Below are positions 49,981-62,746 of a stretch of DNA of 64,000 bases, piece by piece. How positions within the stretch are numbered: position 1 is the stretch's first letter; each line of letters starts with the position of its first letter. Both the position numbers and the translations under genes were made by a program. The notes below the pieces were generated by a model. That model searched no databases. It saw only the letters and a list, made by a program, of their open reading frames with translations, and had not been told where the DNA came from. The stretch is from contig CM106586.1 in assembly GCA_048013815.1 (NCBI GenBank), positions 19,034,001-19,098,000 on the forward strand, given 5' to 3'. Source of the DNA: Setoptus koraiensis (lineage: Eukaryota; Animalia; Arthropoda).

Positions 49981-50940
49981 TGTTGCGGCTGCTGTGGTTG
50001 TTGTGGTTGTTTGGTTGTTGGGGTTGCTCGGGTTGCTGTGGCTGGCGTGGCGGTGGCTGCGAAGAGGCACAATTATCTCACGAGTCGCCCCATCACGAGT
50101 ACTTGTGTCAGCCAATTAAGCTATTGGCTGGCAATCATTATACTGCTGCCGCTGCTGCTCTATTGTTGTGCTCGTATCAATGCCAGCCATGACAATGAGC
50201 CGCTGCCGTAGCTGTAATTGACATGGCTCCCCCATCAGACAATTGGACAGTTTGTTAGCGACGCCGCTAGGTGAGCCCTTGACGCAAACATCCCATCACC
50301 AGTTCAATTGGCTAGTGCTGACCTATTGTTGTTGCTGCTAGTGGCACCATGACAAACAGCTGACTGTTTGTTTGCTAACAACGGTGCCTCAACGGTAGGC
50401 CGTCTCGAAAGCACGTGGCACGACAGCAGCACCAATTGAGGCGCAACAAAGACGCACGTGCCTGTCATAAGTGTGCAAACGTATGGTGTGTCAACCAATG
50501 CGCGTGTATGTGAGTGTTAGTGCGTTTTATTGTGTGTGCAACGGCGCCACATCTACATACAATGATACTGTTACATAATGCTGACCCATTGTTCATATGC
50601 CACAACATAGTGCCGTTGCGCAATGACACCTAACTCTTAGTTGCTAATTTGAGTGGCGACACCGATGCTTTCATCGGCATTGGGGCGCCCGACGAAACTG
50701 CTCGGTATTGGCGTGCGCATACTGTGCGCATATCGTGCCAATCACAATATCGTTATATAACGACGAGCATAATTATTGTGACAACAAATTACAATTATTG
50801 TCGCATCGCTCACTCGGTCAATTGGCACAGTTGCCGATTGGCACAGTTGTTACCGGGTTGCTGTTACAATTGTTGCACACACGCACACAGGTCTCAAACC
50901 TGAGGTTTGCAAAGTTTTTCCGTTGCAAATATTGGTTGCA

Positions 50941-51030
50941 CACCGGAAACGGGACACTGGCACCGGAAACGGGACACTGGCACCGGAAACGGGACACTGG
51001 CACCGGAAACGGGACACTGGCACCGGAAAC
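50941..51030 (+). repeat. Perfect 20-bp minisatellite x4.5 (caccggaaacgggacactgg)
   Basis: Four identical units 50941-51020 plus a half unit; no spacers. Confidence 0.97.
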
Positions 51031-52572
51031 TGGGCCAGTTTCTTGCGTTTCAGCGTGTGCCCAGCGGACAGCTTTGTTTTTGGTCAGTCTGGCCGGTGTG
51101 TTTGAGGGTAAAAGCAGCCATAACTCACCGATAACTCGCACAACTGACAGCGCGCGCTCGTCTGACAGTGGCCGGCACCTGAGGCTAGGCGCGCCCCGCG
51201 GCACTTGCATCAACTCAACTTTAATCATGCTCGCAGTTGTTGCAAAAACACTGCCAAAGTACATGAGCGAACCGCCATCAAGCCAGCGCACCAACTAGCT
51301 CTGGGCTATATATAGATATATTATAATATATATATATGTATAAATATATAATATATCCATATAAATTGTCGGTGCAGCCTGGCAGCAGCTTGCATTTTGA
51401 CCGGCGCGCTAGCCGGCCCCGTCATGGTCGTGATGCGGCCAACACCGTCTGACCCGTGGCAAATTCTTGGACCGACCAGAGTCAGGCAAGCGATGATGCG
51501 ATTTACAAGTTGCAAGTTGCTCTCAAGCGACCTGATGCGACCCGGCCTCGATGCGGGCCCCTGGTGGACGAAATAAATAACTGACTGTCACATATGATGT
51601 AATAATCTGTGATGGACCAGACTATCACCTGGTCACCGTTGGCTCACCGACAGCCAACGGTGACAGCAGCGCAGAGCTTCATCGACTGAAACATCGTTAG
51701 ATAGGCCGGTCACGTTTATATTGGTCTTAACAATTGACTATTCAGTGGTAGCCCGTGGCCAGTTTGACGCTGTCACATATGACAGCGTCACAAGACACAG
51801 ATGACGGCAAGACAGCTCACACATTTTGTCAGTGTGGCGACATCCACCAAATAACCATGGGAGGTGACACGCGTCCACCTCCTATGGACGCCAACGTCAG
51901 ACAATTGACCGAATGGGGACCATTTTTGGCCCCATTGGCTCAAGATTGAAACATGGGCTCCTCAAAAGACGACACAACCTCGCTCATCTTGCTTGTGAAA
52001 TCGGAGATAGATATCTGCTACCAAAACATTCGTCCGAGAATCGCGTGTCAAACCGATAGATCTTGCGTCTCTCCGATAGATGGATACAATACGAGATAAA
52101 AGTCACACAGGTGAATAACAAGCAGCATCTCTGGGCAGCAGGCGCTACGAAAAGAAATCCATATATCTACCCATGGCAGCGACCTCTGACAAGTAGTTTC
52201 AATCCGAAACAATTCACAACAGGTTCGGGTCTGAGCTTAACTAGTGTGAGCGGTCAGGGTATGCATTTACGACGGGTATAATAACAAGTTGTGTGCAGAT
52301 TGAGAACGTGTGGCTGAATTGGCAGAGCAGCGCTATTCATGGAATCTCTGACACGAAATTTTTGCATCTCAGCAACCGGAAGTTTAGGAATACGAATTTC
52401 GTGACAGATGGTGTCAAGTTGCACCACGATCAGCCTTGACAAGGTAAACCTCATTCCTGATGACGCCCATTCCAACGTGAGTCTGGTCTATCTGAATTAC
52501 CCTGTTTCTGCGTAGCAAGAAAAGGTATATCGAAAGCCCGGAAAACAAATACTTTCTGCAGTAATCAGATTT

Positions 52573-52780
52573 ATTTTGTTTGGTTAGTTGGTTGGTTTGG
52601 CTATGTCATACCAAGTCGGTTTACATATGCAAAAACAAAGAAATCATGAATTTTGACCTCTACTTTGATCGTGTATTTCATATATTTTTGACCTAAACGT
52701 GTGAATATGCTACGGAATCAATCAGAATAGGCCTTCAAAGGCATTCTGCCAACCGAGCAACCAACTAATCAACCAAAATG
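52573..52780. repeat. AT-rich island with ~30-bp imperfect (TTGG)/(CCAA) inverted ends
   Basis: attttgtttggttagttggttggtttggc versus gccaaccgagcaaccaactaatcaaccaaaat. Confidence 0.45.
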
Positions 52781-55700
52781 TATATTTGTACACATATATG
52801 ATGATGAAAAATTTTCGTAAAAATTAAAATGAATGATACAATGGTCTATAGTCTGTCTATGCTGAGGACGATTCTTTTTGGCCATTCAGAGTTGCGAAAT
52901 TAGAATGAAAAAAAAAACTGGAAAATCGGATTTTTTTCCTCATTTTCCGGAGCAGCACGAGCGATATCGTTTTCACCTTTGTTATCAGTATCTCCTATTC
53001 AAGGCAGAATGTGTGTGCAAGAAATCCGGAAGAAATTACTACATTTTATTAGATTACTTTGGCGCTATCTTAGCGAGCAATTATCGCCAATTTTTTTTGC
53101 ATTGATACTATCGATTTGATAGCACGGAGGGCGCCGAGACCAACTGGAACCGTCATTCAAGTCATTGACTCATGCGAAGCCCATATTTAGTCGAGATGAG
53201 CCATAGATGATTTTGCATCCATCTGACAAAACGTTCAACAGAGTCCAATTTGTCAATGGTCTGGCATCTCTCGACAAGCTTTCAGTTCTCGCAAGACGCT
53301 GCCGCCAATGTGAATTGCACCACAACGACATCTAAAAGTGGCCCGTGATAAATCCACCTGAAACGTCTCTGAATTCTTTGTCAGACGGTCGGTTATTCTT
53401 GCGAATTGAATCTAGTCTAGCATTGAATAGACAGAGATGAGTCATCGCGGCGGCGGCCTACCAAAACACGGCATCTATCTGCTTCGGCAGCATGTTATGT
53501 AATGTTGTGTTGTTGCCGTTGCTGTTATTGTTGTTGCTGCGGCCGCTGCCGGTGCTGTTGTTGTTGTTGTTGCTGCTGCCAGTGCTGTTGTTGTTGTTGT
53601 TGGCGGGCAATGGTACAGGCTGCCAATGCCACTGGCACAACAGCCATCAATTGCGTAAGTGTGTGTGTGTTGGATTTGTAAAGCTTGTTGTCGTTGGTTG
53701 TGCGTCACTGCGCTTCGGGGCGATTCGCGAGCGCTGCCAATCGAAGCCGATCGTAGGTGGGCTCATTGATTGCAGCAGTGGCGCAGTTTAAGCCAACGGT
53801 AACAGCATCACAGCACTGCCAGCATAACTGCATAATTGGTTCGGTCGGGCCCTCTGGGGCCCCACGAGAAACTGCCTGCCTAACACGGCTGGCAGTTTCT
53901 CGTGTAGCGCACACTGGTTGCGCTGCAGATGCGATTCTTTGTTATCCGCTTCGTGAATTTGTGCGCGCCAGACCACAATTGCATGCTATACAAATACACG
54001 CCCCCATTTGGGCCTCACCAATGCACCGTCGGCTAACATGGTCGGCCGGCACGGTCGTTAGGAGCGAGCTGAGCAAAGTGATGCAAAACAAGCATAAATG
54101 GCCACCAATTGATGGTTGCGTCATCATGCTAGTAAATAATCTAGCGCGAGGTGTCGCTTTATTTCGTTTCGTGTGACCCTCTCTCTCTCTCCCTCTCTCG
54201 CTGTCTCTCTCATGTGGAGCTATATTCAATTATTACCATTATTATTCATACACACACACACACGCACAATCGATCATGAGAATGGGGCCGATGAAGCGGG
54301 CGACAAATAAAACGGCAAACAATAACACGCCAGCAAATGTGCAAAGCAAACAAACCCGCTGGCAGGTTGTTGTTGTTTTTGCGGCTGTTGCATGACAAGT
54401 GCCAACAGCCGCACATATTTTATATTGCTCATGCCGTGACAATTGAAACGCACGTCGCCGGCCCCAATTCGGCCTCTCACTTTTTCCCTCGGCCGGTCGT
54501 TATGTCGTGTATTTGTCGTTGTTTGTTTGTTTGCTCGCTGGCTGGTTAGTTTGTTGAACGCGCGCCTGTCAGATTGCGTCACATTCATGGCTTCATCAGG
54601 GCCGCCGCCGCCGCCGCAAACCAGCAATGGCGCTGTGGGGCCCTCGTTTGTGGGGCCCCTCGGTGGCGGGGCCCCTTGTTTGTCGGGCCCGAATGGTGGG
54701 CCTGATACGAAGCGATATCGGCCGGCCGGGCGACAGTCTGCGTTGTCAACACGAGCCCCAATCTGTCAGCCCCCCAGCAGTCCCATGCACGGGACTGCTG
54801 GGGACCCCGCCGAGGCCTCTAAAAGTGCTCACTTGGCGGTCGCATGCAAATCGTAAAGAATTTTCATCTACAATTGTCATGTTCGCTTTAAACGCAGCCG
54901 CCCGTCCGGCGAATTTCCACAACCTCATTCATTTGAATCATTCAACTTGAATGATTCAAAGGCTTCGGCGGCGAATGGGCCCAGCGAGCTGCAGCGGCCC
55001 ACACGGCCCTGAGCGCGTTCATATGCGCGATATTCACACGTGAATATCGCACGACTGGGGCACCATTTCGCTCGTGTGCGCGCCATATGGCGTTGCGTGA
55101 ACAATCACGAGCATCCGCCCACTCACAAAATGACCAAAAATGATGTATTGATCAATCTCAAGTTGATCATAATCATAATCATTGGCTTCACGTCGGCACC
55201 TAGCGGCGCATCTTTTCGCGCCGGCATTAACTGGCCGCGGACTGGCACTGCCAAGCGCAGTTTATAAGCCCGCTGGGTGTGTGTGTGTGCAAACCAGCAA
55301 ATCAGTAACAGGATATGGCGGCGAGGGCATTGAGGGGCCCGAAGAACGAATGAGCGAATGAACGAAGAACGAATCAGCGAATGAGCGACGAGCGAATGAG
55401 GGGCCCCTATGAGTTCTTGATTGGCTGTACATATAGGTGGCGGTGGTATCGTGTGCGGCTGGCGGACGGGCAAATCGGTGGGCGCAGCCGCTCAATCGAG
55501 CAAGAGCAAACGTTGGATCGTGTTTATTGTTCGCTCCATTGAGCAGTAATCAATCGGCACAGTGAGCCGCTGGCGGCTTGCTCGCTAATTGGGCCCCAGC
55601 AGCAAGTGTGCGCCGGATAATCAGGCTGCACACGCAGTCGGTTTAAATAAGTTGTCCAGGCTGCCGACAACGTGCAGCGAGTAGCGATTGGCGCAGACCG

Positions 55701-58700
55701 TTATGTCTTGTTTTAGCCGAGCGAGCGGGGGCCAACATGATCCACTAATGATGCTAATTAAGCACTGCGCCAGTGATAGCGGCGGACGCTCAATGATGCC
55801 GGCCCGCCGCCGTCGCCGCCGCCGCACGGACACTGGATGTCGGCCGGCTGGCACGTATCTGGGACGAGTGCGTATTGCGAAACGTGCCGGGCCGGCGATA
55901 TTGCCAATCGGGTCGCTGATCCAGTTTGGGTGCGCGGACAAGTGCCAGCGATCCGTAGTTGGCGCTATCGCGCGTGGGGCCCCAACTTGTGCTATCCGAC
56001 AATTTGCAGCTCGGCGCTGCCGGCACAAACGCTCGCAGAGCGACAAACTAAAAATAATAGTCTCTGTCTGGCCGTTTGAGTAGCGGGCAAATTATGAATA
56101 ATTCATGCATATGCATTGTTTGCACGGCACACAGCAACATTCGGGGACAGTGTCAGTGGTTGTTGGGCGCAATCGTTCAATTATTATCATTTTGCCAGCC
56201 CCTGACTCTTTGGCAGCAGCAACAACAATTGATGATATAGACGTGCAATTGAGTGTTTGTATGATTGGTTGCCAACGAGATGTGTGAGGGCCGCCGTTGC
56301 AGTCGCGTTCTCTCGTGGTCGCGCCATGATTAGAATAGATCGGCGGGCCCCAATTGGAATAGTTTATAAGTGCGCGCCAGCAACAACATGCACCCACGAT
56401 ATCGACTACTCTGTCTGTCGTAATATTGCGTCATTGTTGTGCGCACTATAAACACTTATAAACTATTATTATTTTTTTTTCATATTTGCGTGCTATATTT
56501 GGCCCCCGTCATTGGCCCATGTATTGCTATTATTCACGATATTCGCCGCGTATGCTGCCGATATTCAAATTGGCCATTGAGGGGCCGCTCGAAAAATTGC
56601 TGCTGCTGCTTCTGCCATGTTTGGCGTGTCTGGGCGACGTTGTTCGTGTACTACTCAGAGAGAATACGCGCACCCGTGTGTACGTCAGCGATACAGTTAA
56701 TTTGGGGCCCACTGTCTGGAAATAACTGGCTCATTGTGGCGAGCACGACACTTGTAAAGTTCACTTGAGCCCGAGCAAGCAATACACGATAATAACGATA
56801 GCCGCGGATCACCGGCCCGACAGCCATGGATCGCCGGCTCGATACCATTGATGCGTCGGCCCGATACCACCGATGCGTCGGCCCGGTGCCATCGATGCCA
56901 GCGTCGGCCAGTGATTATATTGTATTATTATTATTATTATTACTACTGTTATCATTATTATTGTGGCCCGAAATACCTAGCGGCTCGTTGCTGGCGGTTG
57001 CGCGCTTTGGCCGCTTGCCCGTGCTCGCGACGGGCCCCAAAGCGATGGGGCCCCTTACGAAACTGGCGCGCCAGACAGCTGGCCGCACACTCTGTCTGCC
57101 AGTTGGGATCCTTTCGAGAACTTTGCTCGCTAACAACTTGCCAGTGAGTGGCCGAGAAATTCAGCAGTCGGTCAGTGGGCATGCATTGGCAACATTTACT
57201 CAAATAGGGGCTGGCTATATCTTAATTGAATGTACGTCCACTTTATTCACTTTATTCTTGTTACGTAACTTGTTATCCGCAACACACACACACACGCAAT
57301 CTGTTTATGTTTGAGTGTGTGTCAGTCTATTATTAGGTTAGTTAGCTGGCAACAGCGCCACCAGTACCACTATCATTTCCGGCGCCCACAAGCAAGCGTC
57401 GCGCCAACGGCTCAAGTTGGCCCGCTCAAGGCTAATGGTGGTCAGCTGAGCCAGAGGACCGATCATTAGGAGTAATGTTATTCCAGTTGTTGGAGCACGT
57501 GGACGGCCGACAAGAAGCCAGTCAGTTATTGTCGCTGTTGCTGCTGTTGTTGTTGTGTAATCCACTTATCTTGAGCACGGCCCGGTAATGGTGCGCGTGC
57601 CCCATTAGTATTGGGGTCGGCCGGTCAGCTTGGCCGCTTTGGGGCCCGGCTGCCGAGCAGAAGAGTCTAGTGATGTAAACAAAACTAACTATGTAAAGTT
57701 TAAGTTGTTTGCCGATGTGTCAAATGAGTCGCTTAGGCGACTTGTCTCCAATGCAACGACGGCAACCAACAGTTGCGTCGGATAAAACATGCAGCGCCCA
57801 GATATGACTGCTCTCATATTAATACGCAAAATGCAAATGGCGCTCGTGTGACACAATTGAATAACGATAACAACCAACGTGATATGATTCGCATGCAGCC
57901 GACGACAATTTAATGATCATAACGACGGTATAAATACGAATAATAATAACACAGCCCGATGATGTAATAACGACGGGCCAAAATGATACATGCGAGTCTT
58001 AATGGCGGCTTAATCGTCGGTTTGATATATCGCTGCTTCACTTAACATGTTGGTGGGTGTTTGGAACCCGCTCAGTTGTTAGCCAATACAGATAATATCG
58101 TCGTCAATTTGTCACGACCAATTGCTCTCACACATGGCCAGATCTCGATGGCAGAGATCTCAGCTATAGAGGTCGCAGTCGCAGAGACCTCAGTTGGCAC
58201 AAATTGCCAAATGAGATCGCTATCTTGCTGCACCCCACAATGTGAGGCGCACAATCTAGTTGCAGTATAGCACCAGTATATAACAAATTATAGCGAGCGT
58301 CATGACATGATTAAGCCGCCGGCTCGGCGTCGCCCAATTTGGATGTGGGCCCCACATGCGCCTGCCAGTTGATGGCCGTTTGATCGGCCACTTGGTCGGG
58401 CGCACTCAATTGCCAATTGCCCCAGGTAGCCCGCAACGGTAATTTGGGTGGCTCGAGAGTCCAATCAAGACAAAACAAGGCACACACTCACACACTGTAA
58501 ATATCACTGACGCAAGTTGGCTGCGAGTTGCAACAAATCAGAACCGGCCACCGAGAGGCACATTTCAAATTTAACTTCCTTATTCTTTTTAAATCCAGGC
58601 CAAATTGCACACAATTCCAGTCTAGGGGGCGCACACAATTTGCCAGTAACCAGCCAGTAACTAGCCAGTAACCAGCCAGTGGGGACACAATAGATATCCC

Positions 58701-61700
58701 ACTGCTAATGACAGATGATCGCCTCTGGCGTGCCCGTCAAACCCGCTGTAGCTGGCAACCGCCCGGTGCCCAACTTCGATTTAAGCCTCGATCCGACTCA
58801 ATTATCCGGCGTGGGGGGAGGCGACACGATTTCTCTTTTGTTGCGGCACCAGCCCCGACCAATTCAACGGCACTGGATCCTCAAGTGCCTCCATCCAACT
58901 TGGGGGATCCAAGTTTAAAGCGCCCCCCCCCTGTTTAAGTTCAACCAGGCCATTGTAATGATTGTTCCTTTTTATCAAGAGATTTCCATCTCTTTTCACA
59001 AAAGCGGATTTAGCGCTTCGCTCGTCGGGCTAAACTGGCGACTTGGTATTTGAATTTTAGCAAGCCGAAAACGGGGTGCCCCTGTTTGCAGCGAAAATGA
59101 AATCTGTCTTTATGCGTCACAGATTAAACACAAAACAACGAAATCATTGCAACAGCTACTGCAAATATCACTCTCTTGTTGCGGCCCCATACAAACAATG
59201 AACCCACGAAAACATTTAACGACATATTGTTTTTGCCGGTCGTATCTATAAGCGGAAGCGGTGTAATTAGCGAGCACTATTGTTTATCCAATAGCTTAGG
59301 CTGGTTTCGTTGATCCTGGCGACCGGTTTATTTAATCGCAATCACCGAAAAGACGACGCAAACCCATTGTGGGTGCCCGCTTGAGCTTTAAAATGCCCAA
59401 GATACAACAACGAAAACACCAGCTATGCGCCTAGCTGACTTATACACAAGCAGCAGCTACCTTTTTGTAGCCTCACAAAGAGGCGAGTCTCGCCCGGGGC
59501 CCACTGTGTCTGCGTTAATACGAGTGTGGGGCCCACTGCGTTTGTGCTTATACGAGTGTGGGGCCAACTGGAGCGTCATCGCGGCGCGGCGGCGGCGGGC
59601 CGCCCAATTGAATGCAGCGGCGCACCTCGGGCAAGCGCGCCACCAAGTTGCCCGTCAGACAGACCTGTAAGTTGAATGGATGGCGGAACAAGTCCTTCGG
59701 GAGGCCGGCCTCCCGGTGCAACTATCATTAGCATAATAATGATTATCATTTGCATATATTGACACGACAATCAATTTATTTATGTCGGTGCCAGCGATAG
59801 ACAGCGACAGCACACCGATTGCCACTTGATCAAAACGGCGCCTCCGTTTTGGGCCGTCGGCGCGGGGCCGCCAATTGAAATGGGCGACTAACTGGGCACG
59901 ATTCGCAACGGCACCGACACTTGGTCGCTCGTTGCTAACACCATTATAAACAGCATTAGGGGCACGACAACAATTGGCCAACGACATAATGACAATGACA
60001 CAATTCGTTACAGCCACTGGGCCCCAATGTGCGCGTCCCCAATTGAGACGATGCCGATATACGATTGTGATCGAATAACCGAAACGAATTTACGACGAAA
60101 ACGCGCCCACTAGTTTGTTGAATCGTTGGCGCCACCAGCGCCAGGCCGATGGACAAGCGAAAGGCTAGTTTTCAGTCCAGTCAAAAACTGGAAAGCCAGC
60201 AAATACTGTCCACCATTCGGCTGCAATCGTTTCAGCGATCCGATGTTTGGGTTTCTCTGGCAAGATTCTGTCCGTTCCAAGCCAGCCAGCTCGCTCTGAC
60301 AGAACAGTGGCTCCACCGAACAGAGGTATTCGCAATCTAAAATTGTCAGCCGGGGCTGCCGCTACCCATCAGTGTGTGACGCAGAGAGCAGCCGTTGGAG
60401 TTGTTGCAGGGGCCGGCCTCAAGGCGACCCTTTGAATTGCCACTGAACCATTTAAACCAATTTTCTATTTGGCTTGTCTGCTGGCTTGAATGTCTGGCCT
60501 GACATTCAAGCCGACAGCGAGACAAGCTCCAGCTATAACAAGATACAAATTCGATTTAAACGCCCGTCGGAATGCAATCGAAATTGCGACTTATCTAGTT
60601 GAAAGAACGCGGACACGACTCAAGAGTTGGCAAGTTGCGAGGCCCTCGAACGCCTCGGCGCTCGAAAACAAATCGAATCTAAATAGAAAAGTGGCAATTT
60701 TTTTGAAACGAGCCCCTCGTGTCGTCGCTAGCACGACAACATCGACAAATGGATCGCTTGCTCGAATTGAGTCTGCAAAAACTCATTCGCCACCAATATT
60801 ATACCGGCAATATATATATACATTTATTACAATGATGCGCACGATAATATGCCAATAGTTAGCCCCAGTTTATTCGCAAGTTTTCATGGCTGTCGCCCCG
60901 TTTGTTTGGGGCTATGATGAAACGATGCCACTGAATTGCAATGAATTGAAAATGAAGATTCTCGGAATACTCAAAAGTTTTGAGTTAGAGCACCCAAAAT
61001 ACCGGGCCGTTTCAGTTCGGTTTATGAGCCAAATCGTTATATACAATGTATAACTATTTGTATGGGATAAATAATTGGCGCCAACGATAATTGTGTCGTC
61101 TCGTCATTGGTGTGTGAGTTATTTGACGGCAACTACTACTGTTTGCCTGAAACAAGTGCCCACTTTGTTTTCGCAGCGGACACCACCTAGCGGATTTGTG
61201 GTGAACTGGCGATGGCGCTATGTGCCCCGTGCTGATTTGATTTTGCGCACATAGCGACTCTGGCGACTTGCGAGGACATTTGGGCTGGCGCGTTGCAAGC
61301 AACGGCATCAGTAGCTGGCTATTCGCAGTTTGACAAGCCACTGGCTGATATGTCTTTATAGGATCAGGGCAACCGCGAGCAACAAAACACAAGTGGCCTT
61401 GTAAACAACAACAGTTTATATATAGCGGACATTGTATAGCTTTGCGTTGGTTTTTCTGCAATAATAGTTGTGTAATTGTGGTTATTTTTGCCATTGTTTT
61501 CCATTCAACGCACACACACACACACACACACACACACGACATATCAACACACATGCACCAGTAACGATTGTTACGCAATTGGACACACAGACACACATGT
61601 ACACGTGTATTTAGGCGCCTCACCTTGAATTCTTTACAAATTCTCTGCAATCAACGTGCGTGTGTCCGTTAGAGATGTCGCCCCTGGTGGCTGTTACGCG

Positions 61701-62205
61701 TAGCGACACAATGCAAATTTGTTTATCAGCATACATATATTTATCGAATTGGGCCGAATATTAGACGAACAAAGTACGTGCAATACCATTCATAATTTAC
61801 AGCAAATGGACCGCCACCAAAAGCACCGCCAACCGTACAGCGAGCAACCAAAAATGTAGTTGTGTGCATCATCATCGCCATTATTGTTGTTGTTGTTGCT
61901 GTTGTTGTTATGATCAATTTATTGTTACATATTTAGTTGTTGCTGTTGTGTTAAGTTTGTGAACGTTCGTAGTGAACAATTGCCGCTGCTTCTAATTGAC
62001 AAATTAGCGCCAAGTTGCCAGTCAAATCATTAGTCTAATTAAGCGATTTAACAATTAACAATAACTAGCAGCAAGTTGTTGTTGTCGAAGCTCATCGATT
62101 GGACTGGCCAGCAGCGAGCACAGGTGATCCAGTGATTTAGTTGAAGTTTGTTATCAGCGTCAATTAGCGCCAATCACAAATTAATTTGCTAATTATTGAC
62201 TGATA

Positions 62206-62746
62206 GTGTCCACAATGAAGGCGGCCGGCATGAGCAACAATAATCAGCAACGAGTGGAGCGTCGCCAGAGCGCCGCCGCCAAGATGTCGGTGCTGCAATC
62301 GTCGCTGGCGCAATCAATGTGTTCAATAGATCTGACCGACTCAAATTGGATACAAGTAAGTTATCATTTAGCTCATCTAGACACTTGTAACGCCGACAAT
62401 AAATTGCACTCACTAACCCGCCATTTGTATCGCCAACCAAACAACCGACCCAATGCGACCCACTGCGACCCATTGCAACCCACTGCGACCCACTGCGACC
62501 CACTGCAACCCAAACCTAAACCAACCCGCTGGCCAACCAAACACGCTCGCGTTGCACCAGGATCTGCCGTGTTTGCCCGTGCCTGATCTCAAGACAACAT
62601 TGGACCGTTATTTGGGCTCCCTCAAGCCGGTCATTAGTGAACAACAATACAATAAAACATTGGACATTGTTAAAGATTTTATGCGCCACCAGGGACCCCA
62701 ATTGCAACGCGATCTCAAGGAATACGCAAATAAGTGCCAGAATTGG
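62206..62746 (+). CDS. ChAT: Choline O-acetyltransferase, first coding exons (62206-62355 and 62561-62746); the rest lies beyond the window
   Basis: DLPCLPVPDLKTTLDRYLGSLKPVISEQQYNKT...LQRDLKEYANKCQNW is the choline/carnitine acyltransferase N-terminus. Same strand and downstream of VAChT, as in the conserved cholinergic locus; GTAAGT donors at 62356 and 62747. The first exon assignment is less certain than the second. Confidence 0.88.
62447..62510 (+). repeat. 10-bp tandem repeat (cgacccactg) x~6 inside the ChAT intron
   Basis: Direct observation. Confidence 0.85.

Noticed and set aside
50941-51030. CRISPR-like array
   Set aside because: The repeats are head-to-tail with no spacers, no cas genes are present, and the context is eukaryotic.
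48100-62200. Dozens of 60-200 aa ORFs in the VAChT-ChAT interval
   Set aside because: They are low-complexity translations of CAA/GTT/CA/GCC repeats in GC-rich DNA, overlap on both strands, and show no recognisable domain or consistent splice structure. A small nested gene cannot be fully excluded.
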